DNA of 64,000 nt. Source: Acidobacteriota bacterium (GTDB lineage Bacteria > Acidobacteriota > UBA6911 > JACOSC01). Positions within the stretch are counted from its first letter, which is position 1. The number at the start of each line of letters is the position of its first letter. The notes below the pieces were generated by a model, which was given only the letters and a program-made list of their open reading frames with translations, did not search any database and was not told where the DNA came from. Of this stretch, positions 1-12,869 are shown piece after piece. A program made the position numbers and the translations under genes. Location of the stretch: assembly GCA_016179055.1 (NCBI GenBank), contig JACOSC010000258.1:2833-66832 (forward strand), given 5' to 3'.

Positions 1-357
1 AATCGCGCAAACCCGCCTTGCCCAGACTGGACCATTTAACGTCGTGATTGCCCGGCGTATTGTATAGCGGAATCTGTAAGGCCTGTGCCGAAGCTATGTA
101 GCCATTCAACTCAGTGTCCGAGCCGATTTCCGTCAGATCGCCACAACTGAGCACGAAGGCCGGCCGCGGCGTCATGGTGTTCACGTCGGCTATCATGCGA
201 TCAAACCAAGTTCGGCATTCCGGAAAGGCCCCGTAATGAACATCCGCAGTGGCAATGAAGCGAAACTCTCCAGGCTCGGTTTGCGCAAAGGCGGTGCGGA
301 CACAAACGGCCAGCAACAGCCACAACCCCACAGACCGCAGGCGCCGTACGAAACGGA
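1..357 (-). CDS. Calcineurin-like metallophosphoesterase, N-terminal part (gene runs off the left edge)
   Basis: My own minus-strand translation gives ..RLRSVGLWLLLAVCVRTAFAQ (signal peptide), then FRFIATADVHYG, LSCGDLTE and YNTPGNHD. These are the DxH, GD and GNHD phosphoesterase motifs. There is no clean ATG, so the start is approximate. A GGAGG lies at about 372-376. Confidence 0.6.
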
Positions 358-716
358 TTATAGGGCGTGACCTCCAAGTTTTGTGATTAGTGGACAGGAA
401 AGAGTTACAAAGCATAATCCACCTCGAGCGGGCAGAGCCGATGATGGCCGCCTTTTCGGAAAAGGGTCTGATAAAAACAGCCGTAAAGCAAATACCAACG
501 TCGGGCAACGGCATAATTGGCAACAATCTGGCAGACCTTCCGATGGCCTTTTGGCCAGATCCCCATTCTATGCTAGGCGATCGGCACAGTCAATAAACGA
601 ATCAGAATGATCCAACTCAACAAATCGGGCAAGGATGCGTGGCCAAGCGAAGGGAAGAGAACTAAAGTAAATTCGTAACGGTGTAGCCAGTCACGCCTTA
701 CGACACCCAGTCGATT

Positions 717-790
717 CAGAGCCGGGAGCGATAGCGACCGGATAAGCGCCATACAGACCATAGACCCGGTTGCTACCGCTCCCGGTTCTG
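717..790. repeat. REP-type palindromic element, family R1 (arms CAGAGCCGGGAGCGATAGCGACCGG / CCCGGTTGCTACCGCTCCCGGTTCTG)
   Basis: Imperfect hairpin matching the elements at 45772-45849, 46447-46522 and 57481-57556. ORFs 573-821, 691-897 and 770-973 only reflect this repeat. Confidence 0.75.
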
Positions 791-832
791 TATCCGTGTA
801 GACTCTCTGAACAGTTACCAAAAATTCTTAGA

Positions 833-1732
833 CTAGTCGGCGCGGAGCAGACGTCTGAGCGCGCGCGCCTCTCCGGCGGAAAGACGGCCGTCTTCAATGC
901 GCTTGAGGATTTCCAACCCTATTTGCTTATATACAGACGTCGCGGCGGCGTCTACATGGGAAAGTGCGCTTAGGTGCCCGCGCACGGTTTCACTATCCCC
1001 ACGGCTGATGGGCCCGGTGATGGACGCGGCTAGAGGCATACGGATCAGGTTATGGATGGTTCCGGCGATCAGCGGATGCAGCAGTGCCTTGGCCTTGGAT
1101 TCGTGAATACCTATGTGACCGAGTAAGGAGACCGCTAGACCAATCAGGCCGCCAACGTGGCCACAAGCCATGGAGGCCGCACAATGATATAAGGCCTTAT
1201 TTTTGGGTGCAATAACAATGGCCTTCCCACCCAACTCCCTAACCATCTGTCTGGCGGTTCGCACCCCGCGGCCACTGCCTTCTATTGCAAAATACGATCC
1301 GCGCACCTGGTGAATGGCTTCGCGCGGACGAGCAAAGGTTTGCAGCGGATGCATCGAAGCAACGGCGGCGCCTCGTCCTGCCAGAGGCGCCAGCACACGC
1401 GAACTATGATACCCACTGCAGTGCACCACAGATTTTGCCGGCCAAAGAATGCGTGTGCCCGCCAAGACGTGCGAAATGGGGGCGAGCGCGTGATCCGGCG
1501 TGGCGATTAACAAAATGTCCCACTCTACGTGCGCCAAGGCCGCCACGTCATCCAACGGGATCCCCTTTCCAATGAAGCGAGCGGCTTGGCGAGCGTGGGG
1601 TAGTGTCCGCGCCAGGACTGCGGTTATAGAATATCGGCCTTGCCCTAATAGATACCCAAGGGTCCGGCCAACTCGCCCGGCCCCTAGCACGGCCACTCGA
1701 TAGCCGTATGGCGCCCCGCTGATATTTCGCAT
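833..1732 (-). CDS. Rossmann-fold NAD(P)-binding protein, DUF2520 / ProC-like oxidoreductase family
   Basis: ORF 833-1870. The N-terminal dinucleotide-binding motif VAVLGAGRVGRTLG follows the internal ATG at 1732. The 46 codons upstream look non-protein-like. Start choice is uncertain. Confidence 0.6.
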   Translation of the reverse strand: MRNISGAPYGYRVAVLGAGRVGRTLGYLLGQGRYSITAVLARTLPHARQAARFIGKGIPLDDVAALAHVEWDILLIATPDHALAPISHVLAGTRILWPAKSVVHCSGYHSSRVLAPLAGRGAAVASMHPLQTFARPREAIHQVRGSYFAIEGSGRGVRTARQMVRELGGKAIVIAPKNKALYHCAASMACGHVGGLIGLAVSLLGHIGIHESKAKALLHPLIAGTIHNLIRMPLAASITGPISRGDSETVRGHLSALSHVDAAATSVYKQIGLEILKRIEDGRLSAGEARALRRLLRAD

Positions 1733-1926
1733 CGTTGATGAAGAATAGCAAACTATGCGCGGTGGTCTCAAGGGTGAAATCCATAGCCCAGCGCGTGACG
1801 GTCCTTGTCGAAGAAAAATGGCATAGAGTTTGGCGGACAGATTTGATGTGGGCTCAAACCTATTAGCCATTCTTGAAAGGATAGATAGATACCATGCCTT
1901 CTAATCCTTGCCGTCGAGAAAAAAAA

Positions 1927-2202
1927 GTATCTTCTCACTAAATCGGGGTAAGTGTCTCGACCATAACACGGTTACATCAGGCCCGAAGGGCCGGTAGGCA
2001 ATAGCCCCGCCCGTGAGGGCGGGGTGGGGATACGGAAAGGCGGATGAGGCCTGAAGGGCCGATACATCTTGAGGTGGTGTACCGCGCCTTAGGCGCTCGC
2101 GGCGTGCCCGTCGCCGTTCCCCCGCCCTCACGGGCGGGGCTATTGCCTACCGGCCCTTCGGGCCTATGGCAGATGGTTTACTCCGATATATTGAGAAGAT
2201 AC
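1927..2202. mobile_element. MITE-like element sharing termini with the 50764 and 60208 copies but carrying different hairpin-rich cargo
   Basis: Left end GTATCTTCTCACTAAATCGGGG; right end CTCCGATATATTGAGAAGATAC (inverted). The flanks are A-rich (AAAAAAAA / AGTAAAAA), so the target duplication is imperfect. Confidence 0.6.
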
Positions 2203-2722
2203 AGTAAAAACATATGTAACTACTCAGCCAGTGCCTTTAGCTCCGTAGGAGCGGCCTGTTTATAGCAAGAATCCCTGCGTGAGTTCGAACAAGCCCCGTA
2301 GGGGCGGCCTGTGTAAGGTTGATTTCGTCGACGAACGCGTCCGGACAGGTCGCTCCTTACAAACATATTTCGTCTATGATACTGTCGTACAGGAGTAAGG
2401 AAGTGCGACCTATGCCGGGAATCAGGTAATTTCCAGGCAGGCACTCATAATTTATGTTCCGACGGAATGGTTGGATCGTCTTATTCATGCGCGCAGTGGG
2501 TAGGTAAGCCTCTTGCCCATGCGTCGGGCTATTCGTTGCAGATCTTGTTGAACCCTTGGCCATATGTGATACTGGCTATTGACTGGCTCTCGCACTCGGT
2601 GGGAGCGTAAGCGGTATAGTATTTCAAACCAGCGATTTGTCTTCATTGGGCGTCGGTCAATTTGTGAGCCATCGCTGCAACAAATACCAGTTCGTCCGAT
2701 TTACTCAACCTTGGGGTGTGTA

Positions 2723-4018
2723 ATGATAACAAAAAAGACTTTCAGAAGAGCTTGTTTGGTTTGGTGCTTTAGTGTCCTAGCGTTGCCCACGCTTTTTGCA
2801 ATTCCGCGTTACCTGCAAATGTATAGAGACAATCCCTTCTCTCTGCCGGAGCTGCGCAGCCAATGTGTTGTCTGCCATACGCAACCAGAGGGTGGCGGAC
2901 CTCGCAATGAATTTGGCAAGGCCTTTGTCAAAGAAGATCGTCTGATGACGGAAACGCTAAGAACGAACTATCCCATGATGTTCATGCAAGACAACCGGGC
3001 CTTGGTGGATGATATGGAAGTGATCTTCAGCGACTCGGAGAATAAGTCAATCCTCTTACGCAAAGGGGATTCCGTGTATCGCGTCGATCTCCCGTCCAAG
3101 CAAGTGAAGAAACTGGAAGCGCCGGATCTAGTGGCGATGAAATTGCCGGAAGCCATCCCACAAAAAATCATCGACCGCTCCCGGGCCAAGATGCCGGAGC
3201 CGGTTTACAATTTACCGTTTGATGGCTACCTGGTGAATTTACCGACGACTCGTCAATTGCCCAAAGGAGCAGTGAGCGTCCGCTTCACGCACCGTTTCAG
3301 TTCGTCGACCTTCAACCAGAGGCGCCGTTACGGTACGCCCTTTGATCTTTTTGGCTTGGATAGCACGGCCACGGTGGGTTACGGTGTGAGCTACGGATTG
3401 ACGCGACGCATCAGCATCGGAGTCTATCGCTCGCGCTTTGATTATTTGAGTCGGGCCATAGGCGGGAAAGGAGAAAATCCCATCGAGTTCAATGGAGATT
3501 TTCATATTTTCCAGGAAAGCGAAGGCCGGTTCCCAATTTCCCTCGTTGCCCGCGCAGCCCTTGAAGGCGATAATTTTTTCAAGGATTTCTTCCGACCTGA
3601 CTTGCAGCTTATCGTCGGCCGTTCCGTGGGTAGCTTCGCCACTGTCTACCTGGTTCCGACCGTTTCGTTCAATACCAACCCCAGACCCCGGGGCCGGGAA
3701 CTTCCGGGAGAAAAGCACAGCACAGTGGCGCTGGGCATTGGGGCCTCGCTGCGACCCCTCAAGCGGCTCCCGCGTTTGGCGCTGGTGGGTGAATACGTAC
3801 CCAGACTATGGGGCTTTAACATTTGGAACAATAATTATAAGCCCACCGCCTCCGCGGGGATTCAATTCCGTACGTACCGTCATGCATTTTCATTTGTCGT
3901 GACGAATACGCGCGGGACAACAACCAGCGCTTATGGGCAAGGGGATACGAGTTCATTCAGCTCCCATCCGATCGATGCGTTTAGTTTGGGGTTCAATATT
4001 ACGCGGCAGTTGCACTAG
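2723..4018 (+). CDS. Secreted, probably outer-membrane beta-barrel-like protein with a single N-terminal CxxCH haem-binding motif
   Basis: ORF 2579-4018. The internal ATG at 2723 gives MITKKTFRRACLVWCFSVLALPTLFA (signal peptide). Motif CVVCHTQPEGGGPRNEFGKAF. The C-terminal two thirds have alternating beta-strand-like sequence and end in an aromatic-rich tail. Confidence 0.6.
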   Translation: MITKKTFRRACLVWCFSVLALPTLFAIPRYLQMYRDNPFSLPELRSQCVVCHTQPEGGGPRNEFGKAFVKEDRLMTETLRTNYPMMFMQDNRALVDDMEVIFSDSENKSILLRKGDSVYRVDLPSKQVKKLEAPDLVAMKLPEAIPQKIIDRSRAKMPEPVYNLPFDGYLVNLPTTRQLPKGAVSVRFTHRFSSSTFNQRRRYGTPFDLFGLDSTATVGYGVSYGLTRRISIGVYRSRFDYLSRAIGGKGENPIEFNGDFHIFQESEGRFPISLVARAALEGDNFFKDFFRPDLQLIVGRSVGSFATVYLVPTVSFNTNPRPRGRELPGEKHSTVALGIGASLRPLKRLPRLALVGEYVPRLWGFNIWNNNYKPTASAGIQFRTYRHAFSFVVTNTRGTTTSAYGQGDTSSFSSHPIDAFSLGFNITRQLH

Positions 4019-4139
4019 GTTGTGGTTCGGCGAGAGGGCTAGGGGGTGTAATTCTTTCACTTGGATATGCGCGAAAGTCGGCAGGATAGAAAAAGCCAAG
4101 ACGCACGCAATCATTCACAAGAAAAATGGGAGGATACGT

Positions 4140-5378
4140 ATGCTACGATTAACAGGTCGATTTCTTCTGCTCAAGATTACGATTCTGATGGCCTTTACTG
4201 GCCTGCTGTTAGCCTTCTCCGCCGGACCTCCTCTCGGAAGGACCGGCGGCTTTGGCGAATCTACGTGTTTTGATTGTCACAGTGGCCCAACGCCGGTTGA
4301 CGGCGGCGGCGGTACGTTTACCATCGAGGGGGTACCGCCGACCTATAACCCGGGCGCCGATTACGCGATTAGCGTTCGGCTGAGCCAAGGCGCGCCGGCT
4401 ATGCGCTGGGGCTTTGAGCTGGCTGTACGGCGTCAAGCCGACGCTACCCAAGCGGGCGCTTTAACCGCTGGCGAAGGCACGCAGGTGCGTGTCTCAGCAG
4501 GCGTACAATACATTTCGCACAATTCCGCGGGGACGCGCCCGGGAACTCCCGGCGGAACTTCTTGGACCTTCACCTGGCGCGCGCCGGCGGCTGGCGCCGG
4601 TGTTGTTCAGTTCAATGCCGCGGGCAATGCGGCCAACAACGATCGGACGCCATCGGGCGATTTCATTTATACGGCACGAGCTACCACCAGCGAAGAGATC
4701 CCAGTGATCGGTTGCAATCAGCCCAACAACGCATTTTTTGCGCAGATCGCTAATGGGGGCGGATTCACGTCCAAGGTGATTTTGACTAATCCCGCTTCTA
4801 CTGCAGTAGACGTCTGCATGGAGATACTGGATGACAATGGGCGCCCGGTGAACTTCGGCCTGTCATCAGAGCCATCCGGCATCAACCCATCGGGCGTTTT
4901 CTCGCTCCCGCCGAAAGGCAGTGTCATCTTTACCACAGACGGCCAGGGTGAAGCCGCGGTGGGCGCCTCTCTAAGGGTTGGCTCAAGTGGGCGCATTGGT
5001 GGCGTAGTTCTCTTTTCCCAACCAGGTTTAGGAACAACGGGTGTGGGCGCCTCCGACCCGGTCAGTGGCTTCATTACGCCGGTCGAGCGAAATGCCAACG
5101 TTAATACCGGCCTGGCGCTGGTAAACTCAGGAGACGACCCCATTTCCGTGAGTCTTTCATTACGACGCTTCGACGGAACCGAGGTGGCGCTGGCGTCGCC
5201 AATCAATATGCCCAAACGAGGCCATATAGCTCGATTTATTAATGATTTCTTCAACCCTGGCGTGACCGACAACTTTCGCGGGACTATCGTAGCTCTGGTG
5301 ACGGGCGGTAACGCGTCCGGTATGGCTTTGCGGATCGGCAATGAATTTACCACGCTTCCAGTCACCCCATTGCCATAG
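4140..5378 (+). CDS. Secreted protein with a single N-terminal CxxCH motif and two C-terminal beta-sandwich-like repeats
   Basis: ATG at 4140 preceded by GGGAGGA. MLRLTGRFLLLKITILMAFTGLLLAFSA is a signal peptide. Motif ESTCFDCHSG. The 5' part of ORF 3933-5378 overlaps the preceding gene and is not used. Confidence 0.6.
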   Translation: MLRLTGRFLLLKITILMAFTGLLLAFSAGPPLGRTGGFGESTCFDCHSGPTPVDGGGGTFTIEGVPPTYNPGADYAISVRLSQGAPAMRWGFELAVRRQADATQAGALTAGEGTQVRVSAGVQYISHNSAGTRPGTPGGTSWTFTWRAPAAGAGVVQFNAAGNAANNDRTPSGDFIYTARATTSEEIPVIGCNQPNNAFFAQIANGGGFTSKVILTNPASTAVDVCMEILDDNGRPVNFGLSSEPSGINPSGVFSLPPKGSVIFTTDGQGEAAVGASLRVGSSGRIGGVVLFSQPGLGTTGVGASDPVSGFITPVERNANVNTGLALVNSGDDPISVSLSLRRFDGTEVALASPINMPKRGHIARFINDFFNPGVTDNFRGTIVALVTGGNASGMALRIGNEFTTLPVTPLP

Positions 5379-5663
5379 GGGTTTCGTAACTGTTTACGGG
5401 GATCGGGGGTCAGGGATCAGGGGCCAAGGGCCCGGTGGTACCGATGACTATTAGTATCTGACAAGATGAAATTTTGCGGAAACGGGCAAAATATGTTTTG
5501 GAGGTTGCATCCCACGCTTTATTCATGTAGATGCGGCTTCCAGCCGCATAACGCAAGAAAAGCGGCAAGATGCCGCTTCTACTTTGGTTAAATAGGTCAG
5601 CAATGGCCTTTCCGATCAAAAAGGGGAAGGATACCCCGAAGTCCCGAAGGGACGAACCTATGT

Positions 5664-5848
5664 CAGCCCAGGCCAGCGGCCTGGGTTGGCGAACCGAACC
5701 AGAATCTAATTTCAGCCCCAACGGGGCGGTGCTAATTCGACAATCATGAATCATTCCGCCTATCATCGTGAACCTGAACTAGGGTCGCCCCGTTGGGGCT
5801 TCGCCTCGCGCACTCGCCGTCACCCAGGCCGTTGGCCTGGGCTGGCAT
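5664..5848. repeat. Composite hairpin repeat (inverted modules CAGCCCAGGCCAGCGGCCTGGG and AGCCCCAACGGGGCG)
   Basis: 5664-5688 pairs with 5821-5848, and 5713-5728 pairs with 5786-5800. ORF 5410-5766 lies on this repeat and is not credible as a gene. Confidence 0.5.
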
Positions 5849-6142
5849 ACGGCTGCCACGTTGTGGCGAGGGCGATCGGTAGTGCGAATCGCGTTACCAA
5901 TGTTACTTTTTGAATTTTACCTGGTTGGTTCCGGCTCGTCCGGGTTAGGCTTATAGGGATTTTGAGAGCGGGTAGCGGGACGGATGCTTATCGGATTGCG
6001 GAAGTCTTTGAAAAAGAAATCCAAGCAATATCACCCGATTCCTGATCCCCGTGAACGGTTACGGGGTTTCTTCTTGGAAAATGGGCGCCGCGGGACGGCG
6101 CCCCAACCCTGTGCGGAAGCTTTGCGCAAAGCCACGCGGCGA

Positions 6143-6694
6143 CTATTCTCTAAGGGAAAGTCCCCCTTCGGGGACCTCATATAAGAGGGTCTTAATATCA
6201 AGCTCCAATTCTGCCTTGGAGAGAATACCTACGTAGTGCTTGCGTATGATTCCTTCGCGGTCAATGATAAAAGTGGTCGGGATTTTCCGAATGCGATAGT
6301 CGGCCGAAACGGATTCGTTTCCCATGACAACTTTGTAATTTACTTTCATGCGCTCAAGTTCTGGCTTGATGTCATTGGTACCGCCGTCATCGAGCGAGAT
6401 GCTGATGATCTCGAAGCCGCGATCCCGGTACTTCTCGTACAGCGCATTAAAAATCGGAACTTCTTCGTGCCAGTGCACATCCCAACTGGCCCAGAAATTC
6501 ACAAAAATAACCTTATTGCGATAATCGGAAAGCTTGATCGGCTGATTCTGCATGTCGAGCAAAGTGAAATCCCATGCGCGCACACGCTCCGTCCCTCGAT
6601 CCGCCGATCCGCGCTTGCCAAATGAAATCAAAACTACCGCAGCAGTTATCACCAACCCGAAGATTCCAAACTTCAAAAGCCATCCTTTGTTCAT
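6143..6694 (-). CDS. TlpA/ResA-like thioredoxin-fold lipoprotein or membrane-anchored protein lacking the CxxC active site
   Basis: 183 aa with an N-terminal TM anchor. It has the family signature VIFVNFWASW, but WDVHW stands where WCxxC is expected (codons tgg gat gtg cac tgg). It lies next to ccdA. Confidence 0.7.
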   Translation of the reverse strand: MNKGWLLKFGIFGLVITAAVVLISFGKRGSADRGTERVRAWDFTLLDMQNQPIKLSDYRNKVIFVNFWASWDVHWHEEVPIFNALYEKYRDRGFEIISISLDDGGTNDIKPELERMKVNYKVVMGNESVSADYRIRKIPTTFIIDREGIIRKHYVGILSKAELELDIKTLLYEVPEGGLSLRE

Positions 6695-6804
6695 AACGCA
6701 CGGTACCTTTCTGAGTCAGGCCATTAATCCACATTAAATAGCAGGCTCTGCAAGCAACAACAAATCTAGAAAACCGTGATTTACCGCCAGTCCTGCTTTA
6801 AACA

Positions 6805-7530
6805 TTATTTGGCGAACCTTTCCAAGAAAGTAAGCTTACTGGACAAGAGGGGCATGTTATTGGTAAAAATAAGAAACCCAATGACCATCAGCAGCGCGCC
6901 GCCAACAATTTCCACGACATTCAAATAACGCTTAACACTACCAAACATAGCAAAGAAATAATTAAGAGCTAACGAGATGATCAGAAATGGCAGTGCCAGT
7001 CCCGCTGAATACACCGCCATCAAACCAATCCCCTGCCACAGGGTTTCCCTCGTGCTGGCCAGAAAGAGAACGCCCGCCAAGATTGGGCCAATGCAAGGCG
7101 ACCAGCCGGCCGCAAAAGCCAAGCCGAGCAGGAAAGCGCCCAGCGGACCGCGAGCTTGTGTACGAACTTGTATTCGCTTTTCTTTATAAAGCGTCGATAT
7201 CTTAAGAATTCCCGTCATGTGTAATCCGAAAATAATCACGATGCCGCCGGCGATCTTGGTGAGGATCCCCATCTGCGAACGCAAGACGCGGCCAATGAGA
7301 CTCGCCGTGGCGCCCAAGCTGATAAACAGCAGCGAAAAACCGGCAATGAAATACAGGCAATTCCAAAAAACGCGACGCCTGATCTCTTCTCTATTGTTAT
7401 CGGATCGTAGAGCCTCTACCGATACCCCTGAAATATAGGATAAATACAGAGGGACCAGGGGCAATACGCAAGGCGAGAGAAATGATATTATCCCTGCGCT
7501 GAAGGCGGAATATAAGGGTATTTTTTCCAC
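6805..7530 (-). CDS. ccdA: Cytochrome c biogenesis protein CcdA (DsbD-family transmembrane thiol-disulfide transporter)
   Basis: 241 aa polytopic protein. Conserved Cys motifs FLSPCVLPLVPLYLS and GWSPCIGPILAGVL. Confidence 0.85.
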   Translation of the reverse strand: MEKIPLYSAFSAGIISFLSPCVLPLVPLYLSYISGVSVEALRSDNNREEIRRRVFWNCLYFIAGFSLLFISLGATASLIGRVLRSQMGILTKIAGGIVIIFGLHMTGILKISTLYKEKRIQVRTQARGPLGAFLLGLAFAAGWSPCIGPILAGVLFLASTRETLWQGIGLMAVYSAGLALPFLIISLALNYFFAMFGSVKRYLNVVEIVGGALLMVIGFLIFTNNMPLLSSKLTFLERFAK

Positions 7531-7773
7531 GGTTTTTGTTATCCTCCAGTAAGAGCCCGCGTCTATTTTAGCACTAGTTTGGCAAATCCGTCATTAAATC
7601 TTTGTAAATTGTTGGAAACCACGGCGAGGCTCGACGATAATGGCGTCCGCGCTGAACTTCACCCAGCTCCGTACTGAACAGATAATACGGTAGGAACTGG
7701 ACGATGGATTCCGGCTTCGGGCGCTTACATGGCCGGCCGTAGGGTGTCCCGGCATTGGCCAAGGCGCCTTTCA

Positions 7774-9138
7774 TTACTTTTCTAGGGCACGTAGCCCGGC
7801 GTGCATGGCGACAAGAATTGGATCCCATAGCGGCGCGAACGGCGGTGTATAGCTCAGATCTAATTGCGCCGCTTCGTCGATTCGCATATGGTTGGTCAAG
7901 ATCGTGGCGATCACGTCGGTCCGCTTGGCCACATCTGAACCGCCGACCATTTGCGCACCTAAGAGCCGCCGAGAATCCGTGTCCACTACTATCTTAATCG
8001 TAATCGGCGCGCCACCGGGGTAGTAATGGCTAATGGTTTTATCCGTAATCTTGGCGGCTATACTCTTAAAGCCATGGCTCTGAGCTTCGCGGCTCGTCAG
8101 ACCCACGCGCGCCACGGCCAAATCAAAAACTTTGACAACACAAGTACCGACAACCCCGGCAAAGCGAGTCTTCCAACCGGCGGCGTTCTCACCGGCCACT
8201 CGTCCTTGCTTGGCCGCGACCGTTCCGAGAGCGTCAATCACGGCCTTCCCGCTAACCAGATGCTTAGCCTCGGCGCAGTTGCCCGCCGCGTATATACCGG
8301 CGTAATTCGTCTCCAAATGGTCGTTGACCGCTATGCCGCCCGTACGTCCCAGCGTCACACCGCAAGCCGCCGCTAACTCTACGTTGGGACGTACACCAAT
8401 ATCAAGCATAACCATGTCGGCTTTGGCAACCGTGTCGGTAGGTCCATAAACGACAGCTTCCGCAACGCCGTCTTTTCCGGCTTGAATCGCGCGCGCCGCT
8501 GCCCCTTTGAGGACCTGGACGCCGTGCTTTCCCAGCTCAGCTTCTATCAGCTCCGAAATATCCGCATCGATTCCCCCCAAGAGTGTGGGTTCCTTTTCTA
8601 TAACAAGGACGGATAGTCCGCGAGTCGCCAAGGCCTCGGCCATTTCCAGTCCGACATAGCCGGCGCCTATGATGACCGCTTGCCGATAGGCGCCTGAGGC
8701 CAAGGCCGATTGTAACCGAATAGTATCTTCATGCTGCGCCAGGGAAAAAACATTTTTCGCCGAAGCTCCCGGTATACTCGAGCGGTTGGAGGCGTAGCCG
8801 GTGGCAATAATCAGCTTATCAAATCCTAGGGTGGCGCGCGCCTGCGTGCGCGTGTCGAGTGTTGTCACGCGTCGCATGGAAGGCATGATCTCGATCGCCC
8901 TGACGCCGACGATCGCCTGAATTCCTCGCTCCCGCCACAGCGATTCCGGCGAGAAGCCAACCAGATCTTCGACCCGCGGCACCATACCGGAAATAAGATA
9001 AGGAGCTCCGCAAATGCTATAGGAGATGTACCGGCTCTGCTCGATCACCAATACGTCCATATGCGGGCGAATGCGTTTGGCGCGCGCCGCCGCGGCCAAT
9101 CCCGCTCCGTTCCCTCCGATGACCAATAGCTTTTCCAT
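7774..9138 (-). CDS. FAD-dependent pyridine nucleotide-disulfide oxidoreductase, CoA-disulfide reductase / NADH oxidase family
   Basis: ATG at 9138 with AAGGAG 6 nt upstream. FAD motif LVIGGNGAGLAAA, single redox Cys in YISYSICGAPY, second Rossmann motif VIIGAGYVGLEMAE. Confidence 0.8.
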   Translation of the reverse strand: MEKLLVIGGNGAGLAAAARAKRIRPHMDVLVIEQSRYISYSICGAPYLISGMVPRVEDLVGFSPESLWRERGIQAIVGVRAIEIMPSMRRVTTLDTRTQARATLGFDKLIIATGYASNRSSIPGASAKNVFSLAQHEDTIRLQSALASGAYRQAVIIGAGYVGLEMAEALATRGLSVLVIEKEPTLLGGIDADISELIEAELGKHGVQVLKGAAARAIQAGKDGVAEAVVYGPTDTVAKADMVMLDIGVRPNVELAAACGVTLGRTGGIAVNDHLETNYAGIYAAGNCAEAKHLVSGKAVIDALGTVAAKQGRVAGENAAGWKTRFAGVVGTCVVKVFDLAVARVGLTSREAQSHGFKSIAAKITDKTISHYYPGGAPITIKIVVDTDSRRLLGAQMVGGSDVAKRTDVIATILTNHMRIDEAAQLDLSYTPPFAPLWDPILVAMHAGLRALEK

Positions 9139-9234
9139 AACAGGCTCCTTGCCAGTGCCGCCAACGCTCGGCATGAGCGGCGGCGCGCAGCGCCGTCCGC
9201 TGCATGCAGTTGTAAGGCGATTTGTTGCTTTCCC

Positions 9235-12868
<3,634 letters not shown>

Positions 12869-12869
12869 A

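Noticed and set aside
5410-5766. 118-aa ORF
   Set aside because: It lies on the composite hairpin repeat at 5664-5848 and on the AT-rich spacer. It has no RBS and no family resemblance.
7574-7828. 84-aa ORF downstream of the CoA-disulfide-reductase-like gene (contains ..GRPCKRPKPE.., vaguely TusA-like)
   Set aside because: It overlaps the 3' end of the upstream gene, has no RBS at a plausible start, and does not match the CPxP sulfur-carrier signature.
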